DNA of 64,000 nt from Octopus bimaculoides (GCF_001194135.2 NC_068986.1:8302719-8366718), one strand, 5' to 3'. Positions 12,446 through 25,712 are shown, counted from the stretch's first letter. The notes: generated by a model from the sequence alone, not told the origin. Translations and numbers: made by a program.

Positions 12446-12587
12446 TGGTAGATGAGTTCAACAAAAATTTAGATTCAGGTGAATATGGTACTTAAGTTTA
12501 GGCACCAGAATTTAGTACGGTATAATCCATACAATTTGAAAGTAAGGTGATTAAAATCAAAATAAGCAACAAGGATATCTAGAGGTA

Positions 12588-12676
12588 ATGCAATACGATC
12601 GTTTCATGCAACTCCATTTAATTGAACAATGTAATCATTACATCAATTTAAAATGCAGAGCAATCTTCAGCTGCAC
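12588..12676 (-). ncRNA. Type I hammerhead ribozyme with extended (~58 nt) helix II
   Basis: On minus: helix I GTGCAG/TTGCAT (two G-U), CUGAAGA (12670-12664), long imperfect hairpin, GAAA, helix III ACGATCGT, GUA triplet. The closing pair 10.1-11.1 is U-U. It lies 3' of the minus-strand Penelope fragment. Confidence 0.65.
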
Positions 12677-12989
12677 AAAGACATAGAATTTAATTAAATT
12701 AGAACAGATGGACACATTAGTATCATTATACCTAAAATCTTCAAGAAGTTAAGGAGACAGACAGAGAATATCTTGCTTTAGCTACACCATGGTTGCTATT
12801 ATTACTAGTGTTGTTATTAGTTGTACTATTTGTAAGGGTGGTAGAGATTGTGGTGGTGTTCCGGGTTGTGTCAGTAGGATGGGTTGGGTTGTGATTATGG
12901 TCTAATGTAAGGGTATCTGTACTGGAGCTCTGTGTGTGTTGTGTGTTCGTATGACTAGAGTCGTAGTTATGTGAGTTTTGATAGTGAAG

Positions 12990-13590
12990 AGAAAGCTTTT
13001 GTGCTACAATAAATTCGCTACAATAAAAGCTGCTACAATAAATTCGAAATTGGGTGAGGTAGAATAAGATAGTTTCAAGGTGGATCGATTAAAGATAGAA
13101 TGATATTATGTTGCCGAGGGAAGTTAGAGTCTAGTATTTTAAAGAAGGATTTAGCTAAGTTCTTCACGTTAAGCGAGAACGGGGTGGGTGTACCACAGAA
13201 TACAGCATCCGCCACTTTTTTAGGGTGTCTGGGAGTAGTGCGACCTAAGTTTTTATATAAAGGAGTGCTATCTATATTCTTGGAGAGGGTATGTGGGTGA
13301 CGAGGCCTGTTGTTGTTAGCTGTTTTAGTTGTTTTCGTGTTTGACCTAATGTTAAATGAATGTGTGTGGGGTCTAGGTGGCGTAGGTGTAAGACCTTCTA
13401 CTGTTCCATCGACGAGTGTGTGTGGTTAGTTGCGATTGTGGTTGTTGGTGTGTGTTTCAGATGTGATTTGAGATATGTATTGTTTGAGCCTGGTGTTATG
13501 GATGTATTGTATTTGTTGGGAAAAGCCGCTAGCGACAAGTGCTTGATTATAATATGGTGCGTGACTATTGAAAATTTCCTTAGTAGAACA
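12990..13590 (-). mobile_element. Penelope-like retroelement fragment (post-RT linker), degenerate
   Basis: STKEIFNSHAPYYNQALVASGFSQQIQY (ORF 13426-13638), then PFSLNVKNLAKSFFKILDSNFP and, after a frameshift, YHSIFNRSTLKLSYSTSPNFEFIVAA. This matches the PLE motif NPPFS.NV...F..L.D..FP...IFNR...K.SYS..PN. Confidence 0.7.
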
Positions 13591-13917
13591 TATATATATA
13601 TATATATATATGAGAATTACACACACACACACTCGCACTCATACATATAATGTGCACATATATACATACATATTAGTGTGTGTATACAGTCTTGAAATAT
13701 AAATTAGTCGAACGCGTAACAAAGCCATTCATTGTCGTTTGTCAAGGAGTAAAACTCTCTCTGCAGGCAAATAGGCGTAAAGACACTAAGTCAGCTAGAA
13801 GCGCCCCAGATTAGCCGCCGATTAGCGCAACCAGTCACGGTAGATTGACTGGATATATTAGGAGAGACCTGGTATTTCGTTGTCAGTTCGTAGTACCTCT
13901 CTTTCCAGTGTCTGATA

Positions 13918-13949
13918 CTGAGGAGGAGATAGCTACTCCGAAATGCATA
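13918..13949 (+). ncRNA. Hammerhead core
   Basis: CTGAGGA-GGAG-atagcta-CTCC-GAAA-TGCA-TA. Helix III could be a CpG-decayed ACGCGT. Helix I was not found. Confidence 0.55.
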
Positions 13950-14393
13950 CATCCATCAACCTAGGCAAGGGGTGCTTCGAGTTAATTTGCTGTGCTTGCA
14001 CGTTACTCTCTACAGCGGGAAAAATGCTCCCTGACAAAATACAATGAATGGTTTTCTTCCAGGTTCGAATGTCTCAAGAATATTTGAACTGGTAACAAGT
14101 TTATATTTATTTAAAACCTTCCTTCTAATCAATATAGTGTTCTTATTGTCGTCATCGATTAATCTTATTTGTTCTTTTAAGTAAGCTCTCAAAGAGTTTT
14201 GCGTTTGTATTCGGTGGTTTTCCCCTCTATGTTATTTTTATATGGTGATCTAATTGTCTGTCTGTGCGTATGTGTGCTCGTGTGTCTTTCAGTTACCAAT
14301 ATGTAGGAGAGTTAACTGCTTATTTGATCGACATTGATTAATAAACAAGATAATAAGGCGTTTTCGGAGCCACATTAAAATCTACACCTCGAA

Positions 14394-14822
14394 TACCGTA
14401 AATCCTCAAGTATAATCCGCACTTTTTCCCCAAAATTTAAAGGTCAAAATTTCTAGTGCGTACTATATATGAGGTTAAAGATGAAAAATATTTTCTAAGC
14501 AAAATTTTCTAAGTGATAAATATGTAAAGGCAATTTACTTAATATTTATTTTTCACTGACGTTATTACTGTTATTTCTTTATTTTCTGCAAACAAAGTGC
14601 ACAAAAAAGCTACACGTTCGCATTATGTTATATATACAATAATAATAAAGGACGTTACCGTATATATGTTTACAAACCAAGGACGTTATATAGAACTCCT
14701 TGACTCAAGTTAGAGAAGGGGTGCGTATTATACACAAGGTTTAGGCTTTTCAGAGGTACAGCCCCCTAAAAATCCCCTGCGTATTATACTCAAGGGCGGA
14801 CTATACTCGAGGATTTACGGTA
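14394..14822. mobile_element. Non-autonomous Tc1/mariner-superfamily DNA transposon (MITE) with TA duplication
   Basis: Left TA-CCGTAAATCCTCAAGTATAATCCGC; right end reverse complement TA-CCGTAAATCCTCGAGTATAGTCCGC. The subterminal motif TGCGTA(T/C)TATA occurs three times. No ORF. Confidence 0.85.
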
Positions 14823-14944
14823 CATATTGTCTTGTTCACATATCCTGGTGCATATGTGTACGTATATGTATGCATGTGTATATATAAGCCTATATGCTCA
14901 GTATGCATGGTTTTATATGCATATGTACATAGGTATATGCACCC

Positions 14945-15011
14945 CGTGCGTTAAACTAACACACCTGCTTGTTGTTCCTTCACCTGTCTTCTTTTGTTTT
15001 CTGTAAATTTG

Positions 15012-15015
<4 letters not shown>
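14945..15015 (+). mobile_element. 3' part of family T element ending in (TA)n
   Basis: AAACTAA.ACAC.TGCTTGTTGTTC.T.CACCTGTCTTC...TTTTGTTTT.CT.TAAATT..AACTATATA is shared with 9630-9690. Confidence 0.65.
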
Positions 15016-15068
<53 letters not shown>

Positions 15069-15427
15069 GACAGAGAGAGATTATAATGATGATGAGTGAA
15101 TTATTTTCAGTAGTCAGATGCATTAAGATTCGTCGTTGAAGATTAAGTGATGGGGCTGAAAGCAGCAATACTTCAAGTAAAGGAAGACAGGAACGAGCGT
15201 TTAAAGCACATCCATACTACACAGAATATGAAGCAGGCGAGGAGAGGATTTCGGGAAGGATGATATTTTTGAAGGAAACACTGTCCTCACAGCTAACAAA
15301 CGCAGGTCGTTTATTCCACAAATATGAGCGCCAAAAATTATTTCCAGAAGTCAACATTAGTTACTGTGTACTATTTTAATTCTATATGCATATGCGTATA
15401 CACGTCTATGTGTATATATATATTGTG

Positions 15428-15473
15428 CTGATGAATGAAATCTAGATTCATTCTAGTAATCGCGAAATCGGTC
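15428..15473 (+). ncRNA. Degenerate hammerhead-like motif
   Basis: CTGATGA...hairpin GAATGAA/TTCATTC...CGC-GAAA-TCGG-TC-GATAC; compare GAAACCGGTCGAC at 9317. Confidence 0.35.
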
Positions 15474-15726
15474 GATACAAAATTAAGTTTATTTTAAAAG
15501 AAAGTTGGTCATCTTCTGTTGGTTGTTTTTTCCTCGCATTAGGTACTAAATGTGGTTATTCTGAGAAGTCCACTGTGTGGCGTTATTATTTTTCTGTTGT
15601 AATGCCCTTTATATAAATATAAACGAATAATTATATTCTTGGGAATAGACATTTCTCTTATGAATTTTTTTACACACTGGCTTCTTGATAACATTCTTGT
15701 AAAAGAGTTTTATCCTTTTTTGAATT

Positions 15727-15768
<42 letters not shown>

Positions 15769-16340
15769 TATNNNNNNNNNNNNNNNNNNNNNNNNNNNNN
15801 NNNNNNNNNNNNNNNNNNNNNNNNNNNNNNNNNNNNNNNNNNNNNNNNNNNNNNNNNNNNNNNNNNNNNNNNNNNNNNNNNNNNNNNNNNNNNNNNNNNN
15901 NNNNNNNNNNNNNNNNNNNNNNNNNNNNNNNNNNNNNNNNNNNNNNNNNNNNNNNNNNNNNNNNACAAAACTCTATCGATGGTACATATCTCTAATGATA
16001 TGAATTGTGACGACTAAAGAAGATGGTGATGTAATGATTAAAAACATGTGATGAATAAAACGAAAGATTGACCATACATGTCTCATAACAAAACCATATT
16101 TTCTACGAACTTTCAACCATGGAAATTCAATTTGCTCTGATATTAGATCTAATCTCCTGATATTAGATCTCCTTCTCTTTCAAAACTGCTCATAATTTTG
16201 CCACTAAAGATTTTGGTGTTCTCTCTACCGTCTAAGAGGTCAACTTCAACAGACAAAAATTTTGTGCATCAGCATTCAAAACCTCATCATCTACTGAAGT
16301 GTGTATGTGGGGGTGGGGAGTCTGTGCTTGTGTGTATGTG

Positions 16341-16375
<35 letters not shown>

Positions 16376-16490
16376 ATATTTGATGTGATATATGAAAATT
16401 GTTAAGGTTTGGGCGCGTGATGTAGTAGTTAGAGTGTTGCATTCACAATGATGAGATCATGGGTTCGGCTTTCAGAGCGAGCGGTGCGCT

Positions 16491-16521
<31 letters not shown>

Positions 16522-19500
16522 AGCAAAACACTTCGTTCCAGGTCGCGCTGTGATAACTTCGACATCTGATTGTGTATCTCTCCAGACGTTGATTTGATGG
16601 AAGGACTGAGCTAATAATGTTCACCAGAATTACTTGATCAATATAAACAAATTTCTAGCTTCATTTTAAATCCATAAAAGCACACAAAACCCACTAATGT
16701 AGGCTACATCTATATATCCTCTTCTATATATAAATCAATAACTTAACCATCTCTCTCATAAACTCTCTCTCATTCTTTTACCTCATACCAAAATATCCCT
16801 TCCGTCTGAATTCTTTATGTTCAAGCATCTATCCACCTCCTCTCACTTCCATCTTCCTAGGCATTCACTGAAGACTTCGTCCAATTCCTCTCCCATTCTC
16901 TAACAATTTAAGTGTACTATGAGCAATACTAATTTCACCCAGACCAAATATTTATTACATTATATTATATTATATATTATGTATTATATATAATTCAATG
17001 AGTGAATTCGGTGGCGTGTACCAACGAATAAATTCCCGAGGAGAAAAATGTAATCATTTTTTAACATTTCTTAACTCATATAAAACTGAAATGTGGTGAT
17101 AATATGAAAATCAATATCTACGTTAACTGGTATTAATCTATTAAATACTACCAGGGAATGTTCTTGTTCCATTACTACAATATATATCTATCTATAGATG
17201 TATATGTGTAGATATGCAAATAAACATATACATCTAATAGATGCACATACGCATATAAATATATATTGATTCATAAGTATACATGCACATATGTATTTAT
17301 ATATATATANNNNNNNNNNNNNNNNNNNNNNNNNNNNNNNNNNNNNNNNNNNNNNNNNNNNNNNNNNNNNNNNNNNNNNNNNNNNNNNNNNNNNNNNNNN
17401 NNNNNNNNNNNNNNNNNNNNNNNNNNNNNNNNNNNNNNNNNNNNNNNNNNNNNNNNNNNNNNNNNNNNNNNNNNNNNNNNNNNNNNNNNNNNNNNNNNNN
17501 NNNNNNNNNNNNNNNNNNNNNNNNNNNNNNNNNNNNNNNNNNNNNNNNNNNNNNNNNNNNNNNNNNNNNNNNNNNNNNNNNNNNNNNNNNNNNNNNNNNN
17601 NNNNNNNNNNNNNNNNNNNNNNNNNNNNNNNNNNNNNNNNNNNNNNNNNNNNNNNNNNNNNNNNTATATATATATATATATATATGCATATATATGTCTG
17701 TTGCATTTTATTAGTGTGTTGTCTCGGTGGTTTCTGTTTCATGAATAATGGAGTCAATCCCCTGAGGTTATTTTCAATTTTCCGTGCAACTTTTTAACTG
17801 ACGCAGACCAATTCCATCCCTAATGTATACTTAAGATTAATTACTGACCGTTATATTGATTAGTTATTTCATATTCATAATTGATTAATTATCCTTTGTC
17901 ATTTCTACTCATGATATATCTTCCAAATATTTAACAGAAAAAAATCGATTTATCGAATCGAGTCTAAAGAATGGCAACCAATTATTATCATTTTCTTGTT
18001 TCTTTAAATATTTACCTGACACGATGCTATAGGAAGAAGAACGACGATAATTTTATACAATAAACGCAAATAACTCTGTAGAATTCGGTGCATGTTTTTT
18101 ACTTAGGTGTGCTGCGAATAATCAAATAAGTTTGAACTCGCCAAAGTAATTCTAAATATATATTGTTTCTTAAAAATATAGAAAAGTCTTCAGGCATTTC
18201 CTAATTTGGTTTTGTTTCCTTGTTTCTTTTTTTCTTTTTCTTTTTTTTCTTTTTATTTTTGTTGCGGCGTATTTTTATTCTCTTTAATTTCTCTTCACAG
18301 CAACTTTTTTCAGTGATGCGAATAACTTCTCAGTTCTAAAATATATTTTAATACGGAAAAGTTCTACACTTCTTTCTACAAAATCTTCACAACGCATATT
18401 TCACAAGTTCAAAAGGAACGTGTGTTCTAATTCGATTAACAGTAATTAAAGTGGGGTAAATAAAACATGCTTCTTTGATATTATTTCTATTATTCTTTAC
18501 AATTGCTGACACTGAACAATAGTTTCCGAAATCAGAATATTTTAATTGAATATTTTCCGAGTAAAGACACTTTAGGATTACATTTTTCTCTAATTTCGTT
18601 CATTTAACAAGAATTCAACTAGGAAGCACCTAACTATTTGTTGAGAACTTACCGACATACCATGCTTCAGCTTAAATCTTCATAATGTAGATTTCCACCT
18701 ACTTGATTAATATCTAATTATGACAAACAAATATAAAGCCTCTAGTGTTGGCTTATGTCCAATGATATAGTTGCATAGTAAAGAGTTTATTGAAGCAAGG
18801 TCATCGTTACACGAGGTCCTTATTCAACTTGATAACCGATTTCCTGTCGTTGTGGCTATCAGGGTAGAGTCATGTGACACTCAGTATTGAAAACCTGAAA
18901 TATTGCTACATGTTTTATGTCGTAGTATTTCGTTACTGGTCTACGCTAACAATTGGTTTAAGGATTTGAAAGCTAAGCACACTTGTTATAAAAGCCACAG
19001 ACGTTCACTGTAGAAACCAGTTGCACTTGTAGAATCGAATTATTCTTCAGGTAAACGTCAGCTGTTCTTCTAAAAGCCGGCTTCAGTTGAGTTGTATTCA
19101 AAGATGGTAAAGAATTTCCACTGCGTTCAACAGCATTGCCACAAATATTCTCAAAATAAAGAAATGAACGAGGCTCAATTTGCATATGAGAATTACTTAT
19201 ATTTCTTAAAATGGTGTACATTTAGAAATCTTCTAAAGAAATATTTTTAGAAACATTAAAATTATCTTAAACAAAAGTTAAAGAAGAGCAAAGAAAATAG
19301 AGTTCAAGCGGATATTCTCGAAACAAAGAACTCTCAGAATACGTATGTGTCTATCAATTATCGTTACACTCGATGAAGCAAACAGTAAATGTCTTATTTC
19401 TTTGAGGAAACTCGTATTTTTCCTTTTAAAATTGTTAAAATTATTTTCAAGTTTTCAAAGACAGAGGAATTACAAAAGGAATTACTAAGCAAGAAAGAAA

Positions 19501-20309
19501 ACAAATCGTCATTAAACTAGAAACTATTATAAGACTATTATCCTTGTTCCTCTCCCTTCTACAAACACATAATGGAGCCATTGTTACCTTCAATAGTCTG
19601 TAGTGCATATTAGTTCGTAGTGCAACACATAGGCTGAGTGGGTTTCAAGAGAATGATCAATGAATATAGTAGCAGTGGTGGCAATGTTGTGTGATAATTA
19701 GTATAGAGTAAGTGAGCATAGGAATAATGTGTTTGATAATAGTCAAATGTAGTGTGAACAAGAGCGGTCTTAATGGAGGCGTAGGAAACGGAACTCATTT
19801 GAGTGGTTGAAGTAGAGGTTATTTTCGAGTCATAGCACGGTATAGCTTTCAAAGTAACTGAAAGAATGGCTGTAGACATATCGTAATGATAGCCAAGAGA
19901 CACAGCTCTCCCTTATACAGACATGTACTTACTATTCTCAAAAAGTTGTTTTAATTCTCTGTAAGATCCTCGTTGTCGTCTGGTTTTGTAACATTAGGAT
20001 ATTTACAAGGTGGTGTGTTAGCTTCAAAGTGTTTCCTTCCTTTGTGATTAATTTCTCACTCCCCTTCATCTTTCTAGGCTCCACTTTTATCTCGCGGACC
20101 TCCAACTCTCATGCGTCTACTCTTTTGCCCGTTGCGGCCGCATAACTTGGGCCTGCCTCTGGCGCCTTCTCCATTTTCCCACAATGGGAAACAAAACAAC
20201 AATTAACGAATTAACAACTTTGGCAACAATTCAAACAACAATTCAAATCAATAACAATGGCAACAATTCGATAAACACTTCAACATAAACTAACGCAACA
20301 ACTTCACAG

Positions 20310-20370
20310 AAACGGGACACCGCTAAGCATTTCGCCCGGCGTGCTAACGTTTCTGCCAGCCCACCGCCTT
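20310..20370 (-). mobile_element. SINE family A, 5' head fragment
   Basis: CCGCTAAGCATTTCGCCCGGCGTGCTAACGTTTCTGCCAGCCCACCGCCTT. Confidence 0.75.
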
Positions 20371-20747
20371 AGTAGAAAAGACTATTAGGATATTTATGAA
20401 AATTCTGGAAGGACTTGAACGATTCTATGAGTGAAGGTTAGTAAGCTCTGGTGTAATATAACATAGATTGTTGCGATAAAGCTTATTTTTACTCCAATAA
20501 AAGTATACAGACGCCTAAAGATTGATTTACTCCTATCATTAATAGGTACAGTTAGATGTTATTACGAAACACAATAATATATAAAAATTAGTATTAGCAC
20601 GGAAACCGAATGGTAATATTTATGTCTTACTTAATGTGAATGTAGAGTTAGAAGAGTGATTATTGCGATATTCGTCGTCAGAGAATTTCTCAAAGACACG
20701 CATGGAGTCACAAATAGCCAGCAAGCATTTTCAAGAAAAGAAAGAGA

Positions 20748-20815
20748 AAGGCGGAGAAAGTACACAACCAGTTTGTTACGAAACATGTTTAAAACAAGGT
20801 AAACAGCTAAGCACA
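20748..20815 (+). repeat. Dispersed repeat, inverted copy at 23797-23860
   Basis: GGCGGAGAAAGT...TTTGTTA(C/T)GAAACATGTTTAA(A/G)ACAAGGTAAA(C/T)AGCT(A/G)AGCAC is present at both loci, each next to a CA/TG-rich tract. Confidence 0.7.
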
Positions 20816-21404
20816 TACATACACATGCACATACACATATATTAAAATGAGGGGAATGAAGAATTTGAACAAGTAAACTTTATGTTTATTCCTTGTTAAA
20901 ATTCTAACTGGAAATAAACACAAAGTTTGATTTTTTAAATTCTTCATTCTCTTCATTTTAATGTTGTTCTTTACACTCTCAGTAGCCAAGAAATAAACTG
21001 GAACATCGGAAGAGAGCTGAAGGTAGATTACCAAAAAACGAACAATTGGAAGGAACCAGTCTTGGTATTTTACTTTCAGAAAATCGATTTCTGCCTGGAT
21101 ATCATATCCCTCCTCTGAATATGTGTGTGCATATGTGTGTGTGCATGTATGTGTGTGTATATATATATATATATATCCAAGAAAGTTAGGGGTTGTGAAT
21201 CCAACACACTAAGACCCTCAAAATGAATACTGCTGGTAAAATGGAGTTGATAAGGATGGAGTCATCACTGAAGGACATACCTATCCCACCTAAAGACACA
21301 TATATTAATGCAACAAATAAACAAGTAAATTGACATAATACAATGTCTGCAAGTTGATGAATACCACCTATTGATCCCCTCCATTTTCTTATTGCTATAT
21401 ATAT

Positions 21405-21830
21405 AAACTTAGATATGTTTCGTCCAAAGATTGGTCCAAGCCATGTCTAACTTAATAGCACCACCTGATAGGATTATCTAAATCCTTTTTACAGTCAAGT
21501 TTTGTTTATGGTCCATTCAAGTAGTGAGTTCTTATTCAGTGAGTTGTATCCAGGTATGAGTGGCTTGTCTGGTATTCCTTGAAGAAATCTGTCCAGACTC
21601 CGTTTAAAGCTGATAGGATCCTTTTCCTCTTTTATCAGTTTCGGGACAATGTTAAACAGAGCAGGGCCTGTTGAGGAAAAGAAATTATACCACAGTGTAC
21701 CTATATGTTGTGATCCTGAATTGGGCAGGGGACGTATGGCCCGTGTTCCCAGCCTTGGATGAACCTTGAAACTAATGTTCAGGTCGTTTGGGCAATGCTC
21801 GCGGTATATTTTCCACTATATACATATATA
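21405..21830 (-). mobile_element. CR1/L2-like LINE 3' end
   Basis: WKIYREHCPNDLNISFKVHPRLGTRA...FSSTGPALFNIVPKLIKEEKDPISFKRSLDRFLQGIPDKP...NKNSLLEWT, then the tail GGTGGTGCTATTAAGTTAGACATGGC...GAAAC shared with the 29581-29930 copy. Confidence 0.75.
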
Positions 21831-21845
21831 TAAAACGGGCTATAA

Positions 21846-21927
21846 AATCTACTCACGTGGCTTTGGTCGGACCGAGGCTATAGAAGACACTTGCCCAAGG
21901 TGCCGTGCAGTGGGACAGAACCCGAAA
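21846..21927 (-). mobile_element. SINE family B fragment
   Basis: GCTTTGGTCGGACCGAGGCTATAGAAGACACTTGCCCAAGGTGCCGTGCAGTGGGACAGAACCCG matches 52350-52410. Confidence 0.75.
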
Positions 21928-21947
21928 ATATATATATATATATATAT

Positions 21948-22010
<63 letters not shown>

Positions 22011-23341
22011 TTCAAATATCCGTATAATCATTGCTATTTTCGTGATTTAATCCAAAACAACACGTATTAAGAAAACATAATCAAATACATTCCAACCACG
22101 ACCTTCTCAACTTCTCAAACAGTTTATCTCAGACTACATTAGCCAATATGTGAATATGTCATTCCGTCACATTTCAAAAGACGGTTACGTGGGATATGGG
22201 AACCTTCGGTTTCTATTTCTAGCAAGTCACTGTCCTACAAACAATTTTTCTCACTGATTGACCAAGTAATCAGTTACTGACCCCGGGGCGAGATGTGAAG
22301 AAACATTGACCCGATGCTAATTGAACGCAGAATCTACAATAAGGATACAAAATTAGTTCATCATATTTCCTATCTTTTCTGCCAATTCCGTATAAACTAA
22401 AGCAATTTATATTAACTGGGATAAATTGATATTAACGGTGATAAATGAATAAATAATAGAAGCAGTGAGGCGCAGTTCTTTATTTCATCGTTTATTCAGC
22501 TAATCTACATTAAACGCCATTCCTATCTGTTCATTAAATAAACATATTTTATCAGAAATAAACTGAGTCATTTATCATTGAAGGTGAAAATTTTTCAAGC
22601 ACTAATTACATTTACTATAATACTTGCATGTCATTTATTTATGGCATATGTATTAGGAGGTGATGAATTATTAGATCAGTTCTCTTCGTCTCATGTTCTC
22701 ATTATATATTTTTGCTTCCATCTTTGTTTTTCTCTTTTCATATCTCCTACGCGCACACATACACACACACATACACACAAATACACACACACACACACAC
22801 ACACACGTATGTATGTATATTTATAATATAATATAATATACATACAATCATATATATATGTATGTATGTATGTATGTGTATGTATGTATGTGTATGTATA
22901 TATATATANNNNNNNNNNNNNNNNNNNNNNNNNNNNNNNNNNNNNNNNNNNNNNNNNNNNNNNNNNNNNNNNNNNNNNNNNNNNNNNNNNNNNNNNNNNN
23001 NNNNNNNNNNNNNNNNNNNNNNNNNNNNNNNNNNNNNNNNNNNNNNNNNNNNNNNNNNNNNNNNNNNNNNNNNNNNNNNNNNNNNNNNNNNNNNNNNNNN
23101 NNNNNNNNNNNNNNNNNNNNNNNNNNNNNNNNNNNNNNNNNNNNNNNNNNNNNNNNNNNNNNNNNNNNNNNNNNNNNNNNNNNNNNNNNNNNNNNNNNNN
23201 NNNNNNNNNNNNNNNNNNNNNNNNNNNNNNNNNNNNNNNNNNNNNNNNNNNNNNNNNNNATATATATATATTCAGTGGGACTGAACCCGGAACAATATAA
23301 GTGGGAAGCAAACTTCTTACTCAGATATGTATGTATGCATT

Positions 23342-23402
<61 letters not shown>

Positions 23403-24525
23403 TAGATAGATAGATAGATAGATGGATGGATAGATGGATAGATACTTAGCCATGATAAATCAAGCTATGAGTGTGTGTGATTGTGTTGGTGTGCAATCTC
23501 GTGTTTGTGTTTGCATTTGTTTTGCAAACATCATCATTTGATGAGGTTATTTTTTTTTTTTCACGAAACAAACCGAATTAGCAAGCGATAAAATAAGAGT
23601 CTGTACAAATTTAAATTTACAGAACTTGTTGCTGTTAGTTTTTCACTCACGATTCATCTCTATTTTAAAGACATACTCTCAGAATTCATTTATATATGTG
23701 TATGTGTCTGTGTCTGTGTCTCTATGTGCGCGCACGTATATGTGTGCGTGGATGTGTGTGCGTGGATGTGTGTGAGTGTGTGTGTGTGTAAGCGTGTGCT
23801 CAGCTATTTACCTTGTCTTAAACATGTTTCATAACAAATTAGTCACTTTCTCCGCCCTTCCCATTCTTTTCTTCTCTTCAAACAAATAAAAACAAAAACA
23901 AAGAAATTGTCGATTATCGGTTTCTTGCAGAAACGTGACTTGTTTGAGAAAGAAATGTTCCAGTTGTCAGATTCCATACGTTTATTATTATATCTCAGGC
24001 GACAACATTTGTCCAAAATTTGTTTTGTTGACCTCAATAATTTATTTCGTAATTTAACCAATTACAATATATCGGAGCATTTTTCAAACTGAGACTGTAA
24101 ACACTCTCATGATTTGATACGGTTTTTACTCTCCATTTTATTGATAAATGGACATCTTCTCCAACTATATCCTTCTCTATTTGTCTTCTTGATTTCTACT
24201 AAATGCATTTGTTCAACAGAAGTTCAAATACGTTGGAACCATTATCTCCTTAGCGAAAGTAAAATATAATAGCAGTCATGTGCTGGTGTAGACGGTACCA
24301 ATCAGCCCTTTTCCATCAAAATTACAAGCTTGGTGGTTAAATTAGAACCGTTATTTCTCTAATGAAAAATTAAATTTTTTCCTTCCCACGCTATTTCCTA
24401 TGAAATAATTTAAAATTTCGCATCATCATCATGTTGTTACAAACAATTTTCATTGATTCATTAAATAAAATGAGAACATAAAAATATTAAACACTTTTTT
24501 ATTGCATGAGAAATTCGAATGTCAG

Positions 24526-24614
24526 TTTAATACTTCTGTATCGTCTGTTTAATACATTTGCATCGTATTTAATGCTTTTGCATCGTCTGTTTAATACTTG
24601 TGTATCGTCTGTGT
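24526..24614. repeat. Degenerate ~22-bp tandem repeat, about 4 copies
   Basis: TTTAATAC(T/A)T(C/T/G)TG(T/C)ATCGTCTG repeated. Confidence 0.7.
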
Positions 24615-25288
24615 AAGGATTACATATCCGCTAACTCTCACTGTTTATCATGCAAGTGATATTGTTGCATTGAAAGTTTAATGTGTTAATCCAATTACTT
24701 ACCAATTCCAGAAGAATTCAATGATGTTAATTTGTGATAGCAGCTGTGTAACATGAGAAAAATCTATCTTTCAATCATTTAATGATGCTGAAACTAGGAA
24801 TAACCTATTTTCTTGATCGGTCACAATGACTCGCAAAAGAATTTCAAGCAACGAAATGGGAATAACAATGTTATCGGCGCTTCTTAGAAACACTACACAA
24901 GATCTTTGTTATTCTCGGTTTTGTTTTGTTTTCTTTCTTTTTTTTTTTTTTTTTTTTGTAAGAGCCATGTTTAGTTGCCACTTAGTAAACCTGCCTTCGT
25001 GATTCTTTTAGCTCCTCGTAAGCCTTAATTGAAGAGACTTCTAATCAGATGTGATCCTGCGTGATTACCTTCCCTTTTATGTGAAAATGTATCTAAGACT
25101 GCATTAGTAGATATGTTCTGTCTTCCTTTCTTTTTCTTCTTTTTCTAAGTCACTGGGGTATAACTAGAGTGAAATTTAGCTACCATTTCTGGTGTGTAGG
25201 TCAATCATATAATCTACCTTGTCGGTTCGTTAATTTAGTTAGCTAGTTAGTTAGTAGTTAGTTAGTTAGTTAGTAGTAGTAGTAGTAC

Positions 25289-25339
<51 letters not shown>

Positions 25340-25355
25340 AAGTAGTAGTAGTATG

Positions 25356-25677
25356 AAGGCGCCTGGCTTAGTGGTTAGGGCATTCGGCTCACGATCGTAA
25401 GGTCGTAAGTTCCATTCCCGGTGACGCATTGTGTCCTTGAGCAAGACACTTTATTTCACGTTGCTCCAGTCCACTCAGCTGGCAAAAATGAATTGTACTT
25501 GTATTTCAAAGAGCCAGCCTTGTCACACTCTGTGTCACGCTGAATCTCGCCAAGAACTACGTTAAGGATACACGTGTCTGTGGAATACTCAACCACTTTC
25601 ACGTTAATTTCACGAGCAAGCTGTTCTGTTGATCGTATGAGCTGTGACCCTCGTCGTCGTAAATGACGGAGTGCTCC
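25356..25677 (+). mobile_element. tRNA-derived SINE family C (CORE-like central block) within (TAG)n
   Basis: A-box-like TGGCTTAGTGG, B-box-like AGTTCCATTCC, then GTGTCCTTGAGCAAGACACTT. (TAG)n lies on both flanks. Confidence 0.75.

Positions 25678-25711
<34 letters not shown>

Positions 25712-25712
<1 letters not shown>

Noticed and set aside
18990-19053. Cystine-knot-like tail QTFTVETSCTCR
   Set aside because: 20-codon frame with a weak acceptor and no upstream cysteine-bearing exon found.
19610-19903. 97-aa minus-strand ORF, possibly an old LINE 3' end
   Set aside because: No diagnostic motif could be aligned with confidence.
20640-20800. Possible exon VIIAIFVVREF...RRRKYTTSLLRNMFKT with AAG|GTAAAC donor
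   Set aside because: Its 3' part, including the donor, recurs inverted at 23797-23860, so it is a dispersed repeat.
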